This document shows positions 49,027 to 58,207 of a DNA stretch of 64,000 nt, piece by piece; the stretch's first letter is position 1; every line of letters begins with the position of its first letter. The stretch comes from Thermoplasmata archaeon. Lineage in GTDB: Archaea; Thermoplasmatota; Thermoplasmata; GCA-020350865. Location of the stretch: the NCBI GenBank assembly GCA_020348445.1, contig CP070751.1, positions 3,745,002 through 3,809,001 on the forward strand, given 5' to 3'. The translations under genes were made by a program, and so were the position numbers. The notes below the pieces were generated by a model. The model searched no databases and was not told the DNA's origin. It saw nothing but the letters and a program-made list of their open reading frames with translations.

Positions 49027-49829
49027 CTAAGCACCTCCTCTTTTGGAGTTATGTAAAGGGGCATCACACCGTCGAATCTATCCACCACGACAAGGCCTCT
49101 GTCTTTGAGGGTAACAATATGCTGCAATACTATTTCAGGGGATAGATTAATCTGTGAGGCGATGTCCAAAACTGAATAAGGCCCGTCTATGGTCATCAAT
49201 AGTATTTTCTGCCTGGCCATCTCCTCATCAATGGCAGAGTCCATGAGATTATCGAACTCCTCTTGTGAAATTGTTTTGTCGTAGACATTGCCTTTTTCTG
49301 TTAGGTTGATTTCTCGGGCCACCAAGGACCTCAATCTAAAATCTCTTGCTGCATTTTTGGCAACAAAAAGACCTTCCAGTTTATCAACATCAGGATTCTT
49401 CCCAGCAACAGGGCTTGGCCCTAAAGTTTTTACCTCGTTTACAAAATCCTCCACAACCTTGGAAAACCTCTCACCCTCAGATGCTGATACCCATTCCAGG
49501 CGCAATCTGTTAGGATTAAGACCAGACTTTTCGATTAATTTCTTTGCGAGTTTTATTTTCTTCTCAGTGTAGTAATTACCAGTAATATAATGGCAGTCAC
49601 CAAGGTGACAACCACCTACAAGTACTCCATCTGCACCATGTATCAACATCTCGATTATGAGAACTGGATCCACTCTTGAACTGCACATGACCCTGACAGT
49701 TCTTGTGTTTGTCGGGTACTGGTACCTGGAAACTCCAGCCAAATCAGCTCCTGCATATGAGCACCAGTTGCATAGAAATGCAATGATCTTGGGTTCGAAT
49801 CCAGATGCTGTTGCTTCTTCTTCACTCAT
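49023..49829 (-). CDS. mvhD: MvhD with C-terminal winged-helix-like extension
   Basis: MvhD motifs; SVLDIASQINLSPEIVLQHIVTLKDRGL. Confidence 0.88.
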   Translation of the reverse strand: MSEEEATASGFEPKIIAFLCNWCSYAGADLAGVSRYQYPTNTRTVRVMCSSRVDPVLIIEMLIHGADGVLVGGCHLGDCHYITGNYYTEKKIKLAKKLIEKSGLNPNRLRLEWVSASEGERFSKVVEDFVNEVKTLGPSPVAGKNPDVDKLEGLFVAKNAARDFRLRSLVAREINLTEKGNVYDKTISQEEFDNLMDSAIDEEMARQKILLMTIDGPYSVLDIASQINLSPEIVLQHIVTLKDRGLVVVDRFDGVMPLYITPKEEVLR

Positions 49830-51730
49830 GTCCCTACCTCCTCCAACGCCGCAAGGGCCTCAGCCGTGAGCTGCTCATCTGTATAGTGAGTCATTGTAAT
49901 GGCCTTCTCAGGACATATGGAGCCGCAAGTTCCGCAGCCTTTGCATGCCGCTACAATGACCTCTGCAAGCCCTTCCTCATCAAATTGAATCGCACCATAT
50001 GGGCATACCACTTCACATGACTTGCACCCCGAGCAGCGCTCCCTGTCCACATAGGAAACTATGGCCTCAGCCTGAACATAACCCAGGCTCATGGGTATTG
50101 AAGCACGGGATGCGGCACCATATGCTTGGGCAACGGCCTCGGTGATGTTTGCAGGTCCGTGAGCAGTCCCGCAAAGGAAAATACCGTCAGTAGCAAAATC
50201 AACTGGACGAAGTTTAACATGGGCCTCCAAGAAGAATTCATCTCTACCCAAGGGAACCTTGAGCATCTTTGAAAGTTCCTGGGCATCTGGTCTCTGGGTA
50301 AGAGGTGTTGCCAATATTATCAGATCAGGATTCATCTTTCTGTCGGCCTTCAATGTCTCGTGGTAATAGGATACTGTGAGTTTTCCATCCTCCATTGAGA
50401 CCTTTGGTGGATTCTCAGGGACGAAGCGAACGAACTTTACCCTCTGCTCCCTGGATTTATTGTATAGCAGCTCCTGCTCTATACCATATGTTGTGATTCC
50501 TCTGTTGAAGACCGTGACATCCACTGCTGCCCCTCTTTCTTTGGGTCTTTCCTCGCCTCTTTCTGCACCCCTTCTTCTTCCACCTCTCCTTCCCCTTCTG
50601 TCCCTTCTGCTTCTTCTTCTGGATTCACCCTCCTCCTCCTCTGGTTCCTCTGCTTTTTCCTCTTCTTTATCCGAAACCGCCTTTTCATCCACACTGGCTT
50701 CCTCTACTTTAGCTTCTGCATCACCGCCCTTTGAGGCCATCTCCATGACCTTCATTGCGTTCTTGACTGTAACAGTGCAGCATATTCTAGAGCAGTATTC
50801 CTTGTCCTGACCCCTTGCTCCCGAACATGTTATGAAGGCAACACTCTTTAAATCCGCGGGGACTTTGTCTTCCTTTACCATCTTCTCAAAGTCCGTTAAT
50901 GTTATTATATTGTCGTGTTCTCCAAGACCATAGAGTCCCTTTGGTCTGTATTCATCGGCACCTGTTGCAACGATGATGGTTCCCACACCAATTTCCTTGT
51001 CCTCCCCATTCACATTTAAAACGGCATCGTACTTGCCGATGTAACCGGTAAGTGATTTTAAGGTGGTATTCTTGTAAAGTTGAATCTTGTCATTTGCCTC
51101 CACTTTTTTAATCAATCCCTCATAGGCTTTTGCACTGCTTTCTTGGGTTTGATAAAGGGTGCTCAATTTTCTTAGAAATCCTCCGAGTTCAGGTTCTTTT
51201 TCTATCAAATGTGTTTCAAAACCCTGATTGGCCAGATTGAGGGCCGCTGTCATACCTGCTATACCACCACCTATCACCAGAGAAGAGGGTCTAACATCGA
51301 TTTTCACCTCCTCTTGAGGCTCCAAGAGCACGGCCCTTGCCACACCCATTTTTATCAGATCCTTGGACTTTGCCGTGGCTTTCTCCTGCTCTTTCATATG
51401 AACCCATGAGCAGTGCTCCCTGATGTTCACGAATGTGAAAAGGTATTTGTTCAGTCCTGCCTCCTCGCAGATTCTCATAAAAAGTGGAGCATGTGTTCTG
51501 GGTGTGCATGATGCCACAATCACCCTGGTAAGATTCTTCTCCTTAATCGCATTTTTTATGGCTGTCAAACCATCATCAGCACATGTATAAAGATTGTTCT
51601 CGGCGTGAACCACATTTGGCAATGTTTTTGCGTACTCTGCAACGTCCGGTACATCAACAAATCCCCCGATGTTCACACCGCAGTGACATACGAATACACC
51701 GATTCTGGGCTCTTTTATCTCCATGGCCAT
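49826..51730 (-). CDS. hdrA: HdrA-family protein equivalent to the C-terminal part of the tandem type, with a charged low-complexity insertion
   Basis: PRIGVFVCHCG, ASCTPRTH, GGGIAG, CSRICC, C-terminal ferredoxin; E-rich then R-rich insert. Confidence 0.9.
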   Translation of the reverse strand: MAMEIKEPRIGVFVCHCGVNIGGFVDVPDVAEYAKTLPNVVHAENNLYTCADDGLTAIKNAIKEKNLTRVIVASCTPRTHAPLFMRICEEAGLNKYLFTFVNIREHCSWVHMKEQEKATAKSKDLIKMGVARAVLLEPQEEVKIDVRPSSLVIGGGIAGMTAALNLANQGFETHLIEKEPELGGFLRKLSTLYQTQESSAKAYEGLIKKVEANDKIQLYKNTTLKSLTGYIGKYDAVLNVNGEDKEIGVGTIIVATGADEYRPKGLYGLGEHDNIITLTDFEKMVKEDKVPADLKSVAFITCSGARGQDKEYCSRICCTVTVKNAMKVMEMASKGGDAEAKVEEASVDEKAVSDKEEEKAEEPEEEEGESRRRSRRDRRGRRGGRRRGAERGEERPKERGAAVDVTVFNRGITTYGIEQELLYNKSREQRVKFVRFVPENPPKVSMEDGKLTVSYYHETLKADRKMNPDLIILATPLTQRPDAQELSKMLKVPLGRDEFFLEAHVKLRPVDFATDGIFLCGTAHGPANITEAVAQAYGAASRASIPMSLGYVQAEAIVSYVDRERCSGCKSCEVVCPYGAIQFDEEGLAEVIVAACKGCGTCGSICPEKAITMTHYTDEQLTAEALAALEEVGT

Positions 51731-53037
51731 CAGCTCACCCCCTTTGTCGAAAGGAGCTCTGCCGCCCTTGCCGCAGCTCCAGATGCCTGGGCAACTGCCT
51801 CGGGTATATCCATGGGCTCATGACAGTATCCTGCAATGAAGATGCCGGGACGTTTGGTATCCACGGGATTGAGCAACTTATCAGCTGATTCGTAGAAGCC
51901 GAACTCATCCACATCAATATCAAGGAGCTTGGCCAGTTCTTTTGCACCCTTACGGGGCACAAGTGTAGTGGCAAGAATAACCATGTCTACCTCCATTTTC
52001 TCCTGTTTGCCAGCAACATCGTAAACAACTATTGGATTTTGGTTGGCAGGATTTTCCTGCACTGTGGCATCTGAATTGATGTAGGTGATTCCATATTCGC
52101 TTTTTCCTCGCTCCATATATTCATTGAAACCTTTTCCAAATGTCCTCATATCTTTGTAGAAAATGAATGATTCCATATCATCGTGATGTTCCCTTGCCAA
52201 AATCGCCTCCTTGGTTGAATGCATGCAGCATACACTGCAGCAGTACGGATGATCCAGCTGGGGATTTCTTGAGCCAACGCATTGTATAAATCCTATCTTC
52301 TTTGGCCTTTCCCCGTCTGAACGTCTTTGGATATGACCTCCCGTGGGACCTGCAGCATTTATCATACGCTCGAATTCCATGGCAGTGAAGACGTTCTGAA
52401 CCTTTTTATAACCATATTCCTTGGCTGGGGTCGGGTCCCATACATCGTAGCCTGTGGCAACGATTATTGATCCAACATTAAGCTTCAATTCCTCAGGACC
52501 CTTGTCGAATTCTATTGCACCAATTTTACACGCCTTCTCGCAGAGCCTGCACTTTCCTTTTGTATAAAAAATGCAGTTCTCTTCGTCGATGGTCATGACC
52601 CTGGGCACTGCTTGAAGAAAGGGAAGGTAAATCGCTTTTCGCATCCCAAGTTCCATATCAAATTCGTTGGGGACCTTAACTGGACATTTGGCATTACAAT
52701 CACCGCATCCAGTGCAGACATCTTCGTTCACATGTCTGGCTTTTCTTGTTACCGTTGCATTATAGTTACCCGCATCCCCGGCAATTTCAGAGACCTCTGA
52801 GTAGGTCATTACATTTATGTTATCATGGCCAAAACAATCCGCCATTTTCGGGGCTAAGATACAAATGGAGCAGTCATTTGTGGGGAAGGTCTTATCCAAT
52901 TGTGCCATTCTTCCCCCGATAGAGGGTTCCCTCTCAACAAGATAGACCTGCATACCTTTATCAGCCAAATCCAAGGATGCCTGGATTCCTGCGATGCCTC
53001 CACCAATTACTAAGACATTTTTCTTTTCCATTTTCAT
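51730..53037 (-). CDS. hdrA: HdrA-family protein equivalent to the N-terminal part of the tandem type
   Basis: GGGIAG, KTFPTNDCSIC, inserted ferredoxin, CCSVCCMHSTK; its stop overlaps the next ATG. Confidence 0.9.
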   Translation of the reverse strand: MKMEKKNVLVIGGGIAGIQASLDLADKGMQVYLVEREPSIGGRMAQLDKTFPTNDCSICILAPKMADCFGHDNINVMTYSEVSEIAGDAGNYNATVTRKARHVNEDVCTGCGDCNAKCPVKVPNEFDMELGMRKAIYLPFLQAVPRVMTIDEENCIFYTKGKCRLCEKACKIGAIEFDKGPEELKLNVGSIIVATGYDVWDPTPAKEYGYKKVQNVFTAMEFERMINAAGPTGGHIQRRSDGERPKKIGFIQCVGSRNPQLDHPYCCSVCCMHSTKEAILAREHHDDMESFIFYKDMRTFGKGFNEYMERGKSEYGITYINSDATVQENPANQNPIVVYDVAGKQEKMEVDMVILATTLVPRKGAKELAKLLDIDVDEFGFYESADKLLNPVDTKRPGIFIAGYCHEPMDIPEAVAQASGAAARAAELLSTKGVS

Positions 53038-53236
53038 GCCCCCTTAAGGATCGAACATGATTACATATTACCTTCCCTTTATACACTGTACATAGGGGAG
53101 GAGGGAATTGCTCTTTTATGATATATATTTTATGACGATATATAACACTTTTTAGATGGTATTCGCCGAAATACCACTGGTATTTTTCCATATCTCGTCA
53201 TGGATATCTGCGGTATATTTTTCAATAGTTATGGTA

Positions 53237-54364
53237 TCATTTTTCATTATCATCCATATTTTTATTTTTCAATGCCCTTTCTCTCTTCATATTTGCAAAT
53301 TCTGAAATTTTTTCTAATTGTTCCTGGGCAAGATTATCGGATCCTCCTTGGCTTTTATCTAACTCTTCTATGAACCTGTGGCGAATTGCATCTTGATAAA
53401 TCGCCTCTCCCAAATCTGTTCTGATCAATACAGTGGTCCATCCCTCAGGTGAACCCAAACCGCCAAAAGAAAGGTCTGCAAAGTCGTTTGCAAAATCTGA
53501 GCAGGCAAGACAGGCAGAGCGGGCAAATTCCTCCATTTTTTCCAAGGGAATGTGTTTTGTATCACCATTTTTTTGCTTGATTATGAAATCCTCCCTGATA
53601 TTCATATTCTCGATGTCATCAAAATTCACGCCAAGGATTTTTTCCATATCTCTTTTTTTAGATACATCAAAGGAAAAATTCTCGGTGCAAAAAAGGCCGA
53701 AAACGAACTTCACTACATGGGAGGGTACAACATGCAAACTTTGCATCTTTCTCAGGGTATGTACTTGACACGGTGTGCTCACAACAACTATTTTCACCAA
53801 ATCCATATTGGTAATTTCTTTTATTGCAAACATGGTTGGAGAATATGTGGAGAACCTGCTAAGCTCCTCGACACCACAAATTCCCGTGAATCTCGAGCCG
53901 GCAGCAGAGAGAACCTCTTCGTAGGAGGTGGCTATCATGGGCTCTCTGGCAAATTGCGCAGTCTTCTTGGATACCACAGCACCATCGATCATTTTTTTTT
54001 CCAATAAGAAATGTAGAATTGAAGTGACAACTCCACCATCTGTTGCATTTTTTCGAATCTCTGGGTTTGTACTTCTGGCAGATACAATATTTTTAAACCT
54101 ACCAACGGGTGAAACCCAATGATAAGTGTCTTTTAGATCCTGGTCAAGAATACTAATCTGTGGGCAGATAATATAGCAGATACCACATTCAAGGCAGCTT
54201 TCTTCATCCAAATATTTTGGCCTTCCATCCTCGCCAAAACCGATGGCCATAAGCTCTCCTGCAGAGCAAAACGAGACACACCCTCCACAGGATCCGCATA
54301 ATCCAGGTTCATGAACTTCTTTGACCAGGTCCTTGAATGTCTTTGTCTCATCAATTTCGTCCAA
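53237..54364 (-). CDS. frhB: Coenzyme F420 hydrogenase/dehydrogenase beta-subunit family protein (FrhB/FdhB-like) with N-terminal ferredoxin
   Basis: CGSCGGCVSFC, CLECGICYIICP, TDGGVVT, AAGSRF, TPCQ, GLFCTENF, CLACSDF, ADLSFGG...GWTTVLIRT. Confidence 0.88.
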   Translation of the reverse strand: MDEIDETKTFKDLVKEVHEPGLCGSCGGCVSFCSAGELMAIGFGEDGRPKYLDEESCLECGICYIICPQISILDQDLKDTYHWVSPVGRFKNIVSARSTNPEIRKNATDGGVVTSILHFLLEKKMIDGAVVSKKTAQFAREPMIATSYEEVLSAAGSRFTGICGVEELSRFSTYSPTMFAIKEITNMDLVKIVVVSTPCQVHTLRKMQSLHVVPSHVVKFVFGLFCTENFSFDVSKKRDMEKILGVNFDDIENMNIREDFIIKQKNGDTKHIPLEKMEEFARSACLACSDFANDFADLSFGGLGSPEGWTTVLIRTDLGEAIYQDAIRHRFIEELDKSQGGSDNLAQEQLEKISEFANMKRERALKNKNMDDNEK

Positions 54365-54496
54365 AACCCCAATGCCCCCAATCCCAGGTATAAAATTGGA
54401 GATTAAAAAACTTATTATTATCCGAAAGCTATGAATTTTGAAAGCAAGTAATAGTTAAAATAGTTCGTAACAAATAAGAAAATATTTTAAAGGAAC

Positions 54497-54913
54497 TTAT
54501 TTCGAAGATCCGAGGGGATTTGGACCAAGAGCCTTTATTTGCTCAACAAATTCGTTCATGGTCTGTGCAAACTTCTCTGCTTCAGAAGCAGAAAGCCATT
54601 CACCCCTCAATCTCCCAGAGCCCAAACCCAGCATGTCAAGTATTTGCTGTGTGGTTTCAATCCTCTCTTTTGCACGAAGATTGCCAGATATGTAATGGCA
54701 ATCGTCCAACTTGCATCCAGTCACCATTACACCGTCGGCCCCGTACTCAAAGGCCTTCATAATGAATTCAGGTTCGATTCTTCCTGAGCACATGAACCTT
54801 ATGATATTGACACAGGAAGGATATTTATATCGATTGATACCTGCTAAATCAGCGGATGTGTAAGAGCACCAATTACAGGAGAATGCAATTATCTTTGGTT
54901 CGAACTCAGTCAG
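54497..54913 (-). CDS. mvhD: MvhD (stand-alone, probable CTG start)
   Basis: CNWCSY, MCSGR, GCKLDDCHY; GGAGGTG then 5 nt then CTG-ACT-GAG-TTC-GAA-CCA (xTEFEP, as in paralogs). Confidence 0.88.
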   Translation of the reverse strand: MTEFEPKIIAFSCNWCSYTSADLAGINRYKYPSCVNIIRFMCSGRIEPEFIMKAFEYGADGVMVTGCKLDDCHYISGNLRAKERIETTQQILDMLGLGSGRLRGEWLSASEAEKFAQTMNEFVEQIKALGPNPLGSSK

Positions 54914-55241
54914 TCTCCCACCTCCTAATCGCCGAAGGAGCATTAATATCATATGTAAAATTCGAGCAGGTGAGGGCGAGTTTCTTTTTCCCCCATGTTC
55001 CGATGAAAAACTGATGTTTTTCAAGGCCTCGGGAAATCTTTGATTTCCCAAGGTTTCTTTGCGAGCCCGAGCCATCGTGGTGGACAGAAATTGAATCTAA
55101 ACACTTACTGTCCTCCACTGTGTAGTGGAAAACATATTTAGTATTAGGGGTATTGTTTTCCACGACAGCAGAGAATTTTACCTCAAAGAAAAAGGCGGGT
55201 TCGAAATCAGTCAATTATGGTACCCCCTTTTTTTGAGCAGG

Positions 55242-57008
55242 TCACCCCTCCACCTCCATCTTATATTCTAAAATCGCTTTGATCATTGGAAGTATCTGCT
55301 CTCTTTTGAAGTGGCGAATTGAAATGGCCTTGTTACAGCATCCTGCCGAGCATTTACCATCCCCTTGACAAAGAATGGGGTCCACATGGGATACTTTTCT
55401 CCCATCCTTGACTACAATCACTGCGGCATTGAATTCGCAATTTTCTGCACATTTACCGCAGCCAACACACATTTCTTCATCAACAACTGCAACCCCGCCT
55501 CCAATGTATGTTGAGCCCTTTTGAAGCAGTTTTATGGCATTGGATGCAGAAAGCCTGGCATCCTCGATTGAATATCTGATTCCCTTTGGTCCCTGGGCGC
55601 AGCCCGCAATGAAAATTCCCCTACGCTCTTCAGGAGTGAGCATGGGATTCATGTATTTTATAAAACCGTCTATGTCCAATGGCAGGTGTAAAGTTTCAGC
55701 CAATTTTGTGGTTGCATCTCTTGCCTCCTGACCCACAGAGAGCACGACAAGATCACTTTCGATCTCAAGGGGTGTTCCGGCATCCACATCCTCACATCTT
55801 AGAATTACCTTGCCCTCCTTCTCGAAAATCTCTCCAACCCTTCCCCTAACGAAATTTACTCCCGCAGCTTTAGCTTCCTCATAGAATTCCTCAAAGCCCC
55901 TGTAAGGGCCCCTTAAGTCCATGTAGTGAATGTAAACTTCAGTACCAGGATAGCGTTTTTTGATTTCCATGGCCTGGCCAATTGCGTATGTGCAGCATAC
56001 CAGTGAGCAGTGGGGATTTCCCTTGTTGGCATCTCTTGAGCCCACACATTGAATGAAGTTAACGGTCTTGGGTATCTTGCCGTCCGAGGGTCGGTGAAGT
56101 TTTCCCCCTTTATCTCTTTGGGCCATGATCATCCTTTCGAGTTCGATTGTGGAAATAACATTCTTGTGGTCATAGCTGTATTCCTTCAATTTTGAGGGAT
56201 CGAAGATCTGGGAACCAGTAGCAATTATTATCGTGCCAACATCGATTTCCTTTTCCCCATCAGGAGTTTTTATTTTCACATGTCGGTTTCCCAAACCACC
56301 TGTGATTTCGGTAACTTCCGAGGATAGGAGGACCTCTATTTTATCATGCTGATTAACATCCTCGATCTTCGGTGTTAGGACGCAGCTTTTACAGGATTGA
56401 ATGCAGCATATCCCGCAGTTGTGCGTGGGAAAAGTCATGGAGAGCTCGTATGCCCTTCCACCGAGTTTTTCAGTTTTTTCCACGAGGTACACCTGATACC
56501 CTGCGTTTGCGATATCCAAGGCGGCCTGCATTCCCGCCACACCACCACCGATCACCAATGTTGATGGAATTATGTCCACCTTTGTATCCTCAAGTGCTTC
56601 AAGAGTATTTGCTCTGGCAACTGAACCTGCGATTATGCGCTTTGCCTTTTGTGTAGCTTCGTTTTTATCCTCGTGTATCCATGCACATTGTTCTCTTATA
56701 TTTGCCTGCTCATATTGATATTTGTTAAGGCCTCCTTCAACAACTCCTCCCCCGATCGTGGATTCGTAAATCTTTGGAGTACAGGCAGCAACAACCACCG
56801 CATCAAAATTTTCTTTTTCACATTCCTCAGAAAGAAACTTCTGGCCGGAAACCGAGCATAGGGAATCATGCTTCTTTACAACTTCTACTCCCGGTAATGC
56901 CTCAGCAAATTTAATGATTTCATCAAAATCGATTTTATCTGTGATGTTATCATAACAACTGCATATAAAGAGTCCAACTTTTTTCTCTTTTTTTTGGTCC
57001 AAGACCAT
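55242..57008 (-). CDS. hdrA: Divergent HdrA-family protein lacking the inserted ferredoxin domain
   Basis: VGLFICSC, AACTPK, GGGVAG, CSLVCC, C-terminal ferredoxin; ATG 57008 after GGGGTG. Confidence 0.85.
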   Translation of the reverse strand: MVLDQKKEKKVGLFICSCYDNITDKIDFDEIIKFAEALPGVEVVKKHDSLCSVSGQKFLSEECEKENFDAVVVAACTPKIYESTIGGGVVEGGLNKYQYEQANIREQCAWIHEDKNEATQKAKRIIAGSVARANTLEALEDTKVDIIPSTLVIGGGVAGMQAALDIANAGYQVYLVEKTEKLGGRAYELSMTFPTHNCGICCIQSCKSCVLTPKIEDVNQHDKIEVLLSSEVTEITGGLGNRHVKIKTPDGEKEIDVGTIIIATGSQIFDPSKLKEYSYDHKNVISTIELERMIMAQRDKGGKLHRPSDGKIPKTVNFIQCVGSRDANKGNPHCSLVCCTYAIGQAMEIKKRYPGTEVYIHYMDLRGPYRGFEEFYEEAKAAGVNFVRGRVGEIFEKEGKVILRCEDVDAGTPLEIESDLVVLSVGQEARDATTKLAETLHLPLDIDGFIKYMNPMLTPEERRGIFIAGCAQGPKGIRYSIEDARLSASNAIKLLQKGSTYIGGGVAVVDEEMCVGCGKCAENCEFNAAVIVVKDGRKVSHVDPILCQGDGKCSAGCCNKAISIRHFKREQILPMIKAILEYKMEVEG

Positions 57009-57061
57009 ACACCCCTTCAGCAATCGCAGCATCTTATGGTCATATTACCAATATCACTTCT

Positions 57062-58207
57062 TTACTTTATTCTTTCTATTATAGCCGATATCAGATCACC
57101 AACAGGAATATCCACTTTCTCCTTCTCAACAGGTATCTCCTTCCATGTGGCACAAGTGAAGTGAATCACACATTTAGGACAAGTTGTAATGAGCTTATCG
57201 GCCCCTGTATTTTTCGCCTCCATTAACCGATCTATCTGCATTATCTTAGAGAGGGATTCACAGGTTGCAAAGGCATTTACTCCGCAGCATGCACTGTTCT
57301 CCTTTATGTTCTCCATTTCAATCAATTCAAATCCCGCAGCTTCAATGAGTTCCCTGGGGCTGTCGTAGATCTCCAAATGCCTTCCAAGTCTGCACGGGTC
57401 ATGGTATGTAACTTTCTCATTTCCATCGCTTTTAAATTCCAGTTTCCCGTCATCCACCAAATCCATTAGATAATCTGTGATGTAAACCAGCTCAAAATCC
57501 AGATCACCTGCAATATCCTGATAATCGAAATCAAATGTTCTCATCCCTTCTGGGCAGGAAAAAACCACGGTCTTTGCACCAGCTTCCTTTATTGCCTTGA
57601 TATTGAGATTCATTAATTTGTCAAAATTATCTTCATCCCCTGTCCAATTGAGATCGTGACCGCAGCATACCTCGTTTTTGCTCATTGCTGGTGTGATACC
57701 GGCTTTGTTCAACACCCTTACATTGTTTTTAGCAATATCAAGGATACCGGCCTTCCTTTCCTCGAAAATCTTATCTAGATGAGCCTGGCAGCCAGAGAAA
57801 TAGTACACATCACCCTTTTCTGCAACCTTTAAATCATCGGTAACCCAGCTTAACCTGTTCTGTGGTAACTGGTGAGATTGGATTCTGGCAATTGTCTGCA
57901 TCAATCCTCCCTGGGAGCACGTGGGCTCAAATCCGTCTAAAACAGATTCACTTCTAAGTCCTCTGATGAACTCGGTGTAATCCACTTTGTAAGGACACAT
58001 CTGACTGCACATGGCACATGTAGTACAGCGCCATATGTCCATGTTCTGGGCAAGGCCCCCCTCCACACCCTCCAATGCCTTAACCACTATCAGTCTTGGA
58101 GCAAAGTTCTGGTCCAGTTTGGCAACGGGACATACAGTCGTGCATTTACCGCATTCAACACAATCATATGCTCCTGTGTCATCGATGAGATCATCTATTG
58201 CGGACAT
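57062..58207 (-). CDS. hdrD: HdrD-like Fe-S protein (2x[4Fe-4S] plus two CCG domains)
   Basis: CVECGKCTTVCP, CTTCAMCSQMCP, VCCG, YHDPCRLGRH, ACCG, TCPKC. Confidence 0.82.
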   Translation of the reverse strand: MSAIDDLIDDTGAYDCVECGKCTTVCPVAKLDQNFAPRLIVVKALEGVEGGLAQNMDIWRCTTCAMCSQMCPYKVDYTEFIRGLRSESVLDGFEPTCSQGGLMQTIARIQSHQLPQNRLSWVTDDLKVAEKGDVYYFSGCQAHLDKIFEERKAGILDIAKNNVRVLNKAGITPAMSKNEVCCGHDLNWTGDEDNFDKLMNLNIKAIKEAGAKTVVFSCPEGMRTFDFDYQDIAGDLDFELVYITDYLMDLVDDGKLEFKSDGNEKVTYHDPCRLGRHLEIYDSPRELIEAAGFELIEMENIKENSACCGVNAFATCESLSKIMQIDRLMEAKNTGADKLITTCPKCVIHFTCATWKEIPVEKEKVDIPVGDLISAIIERIK

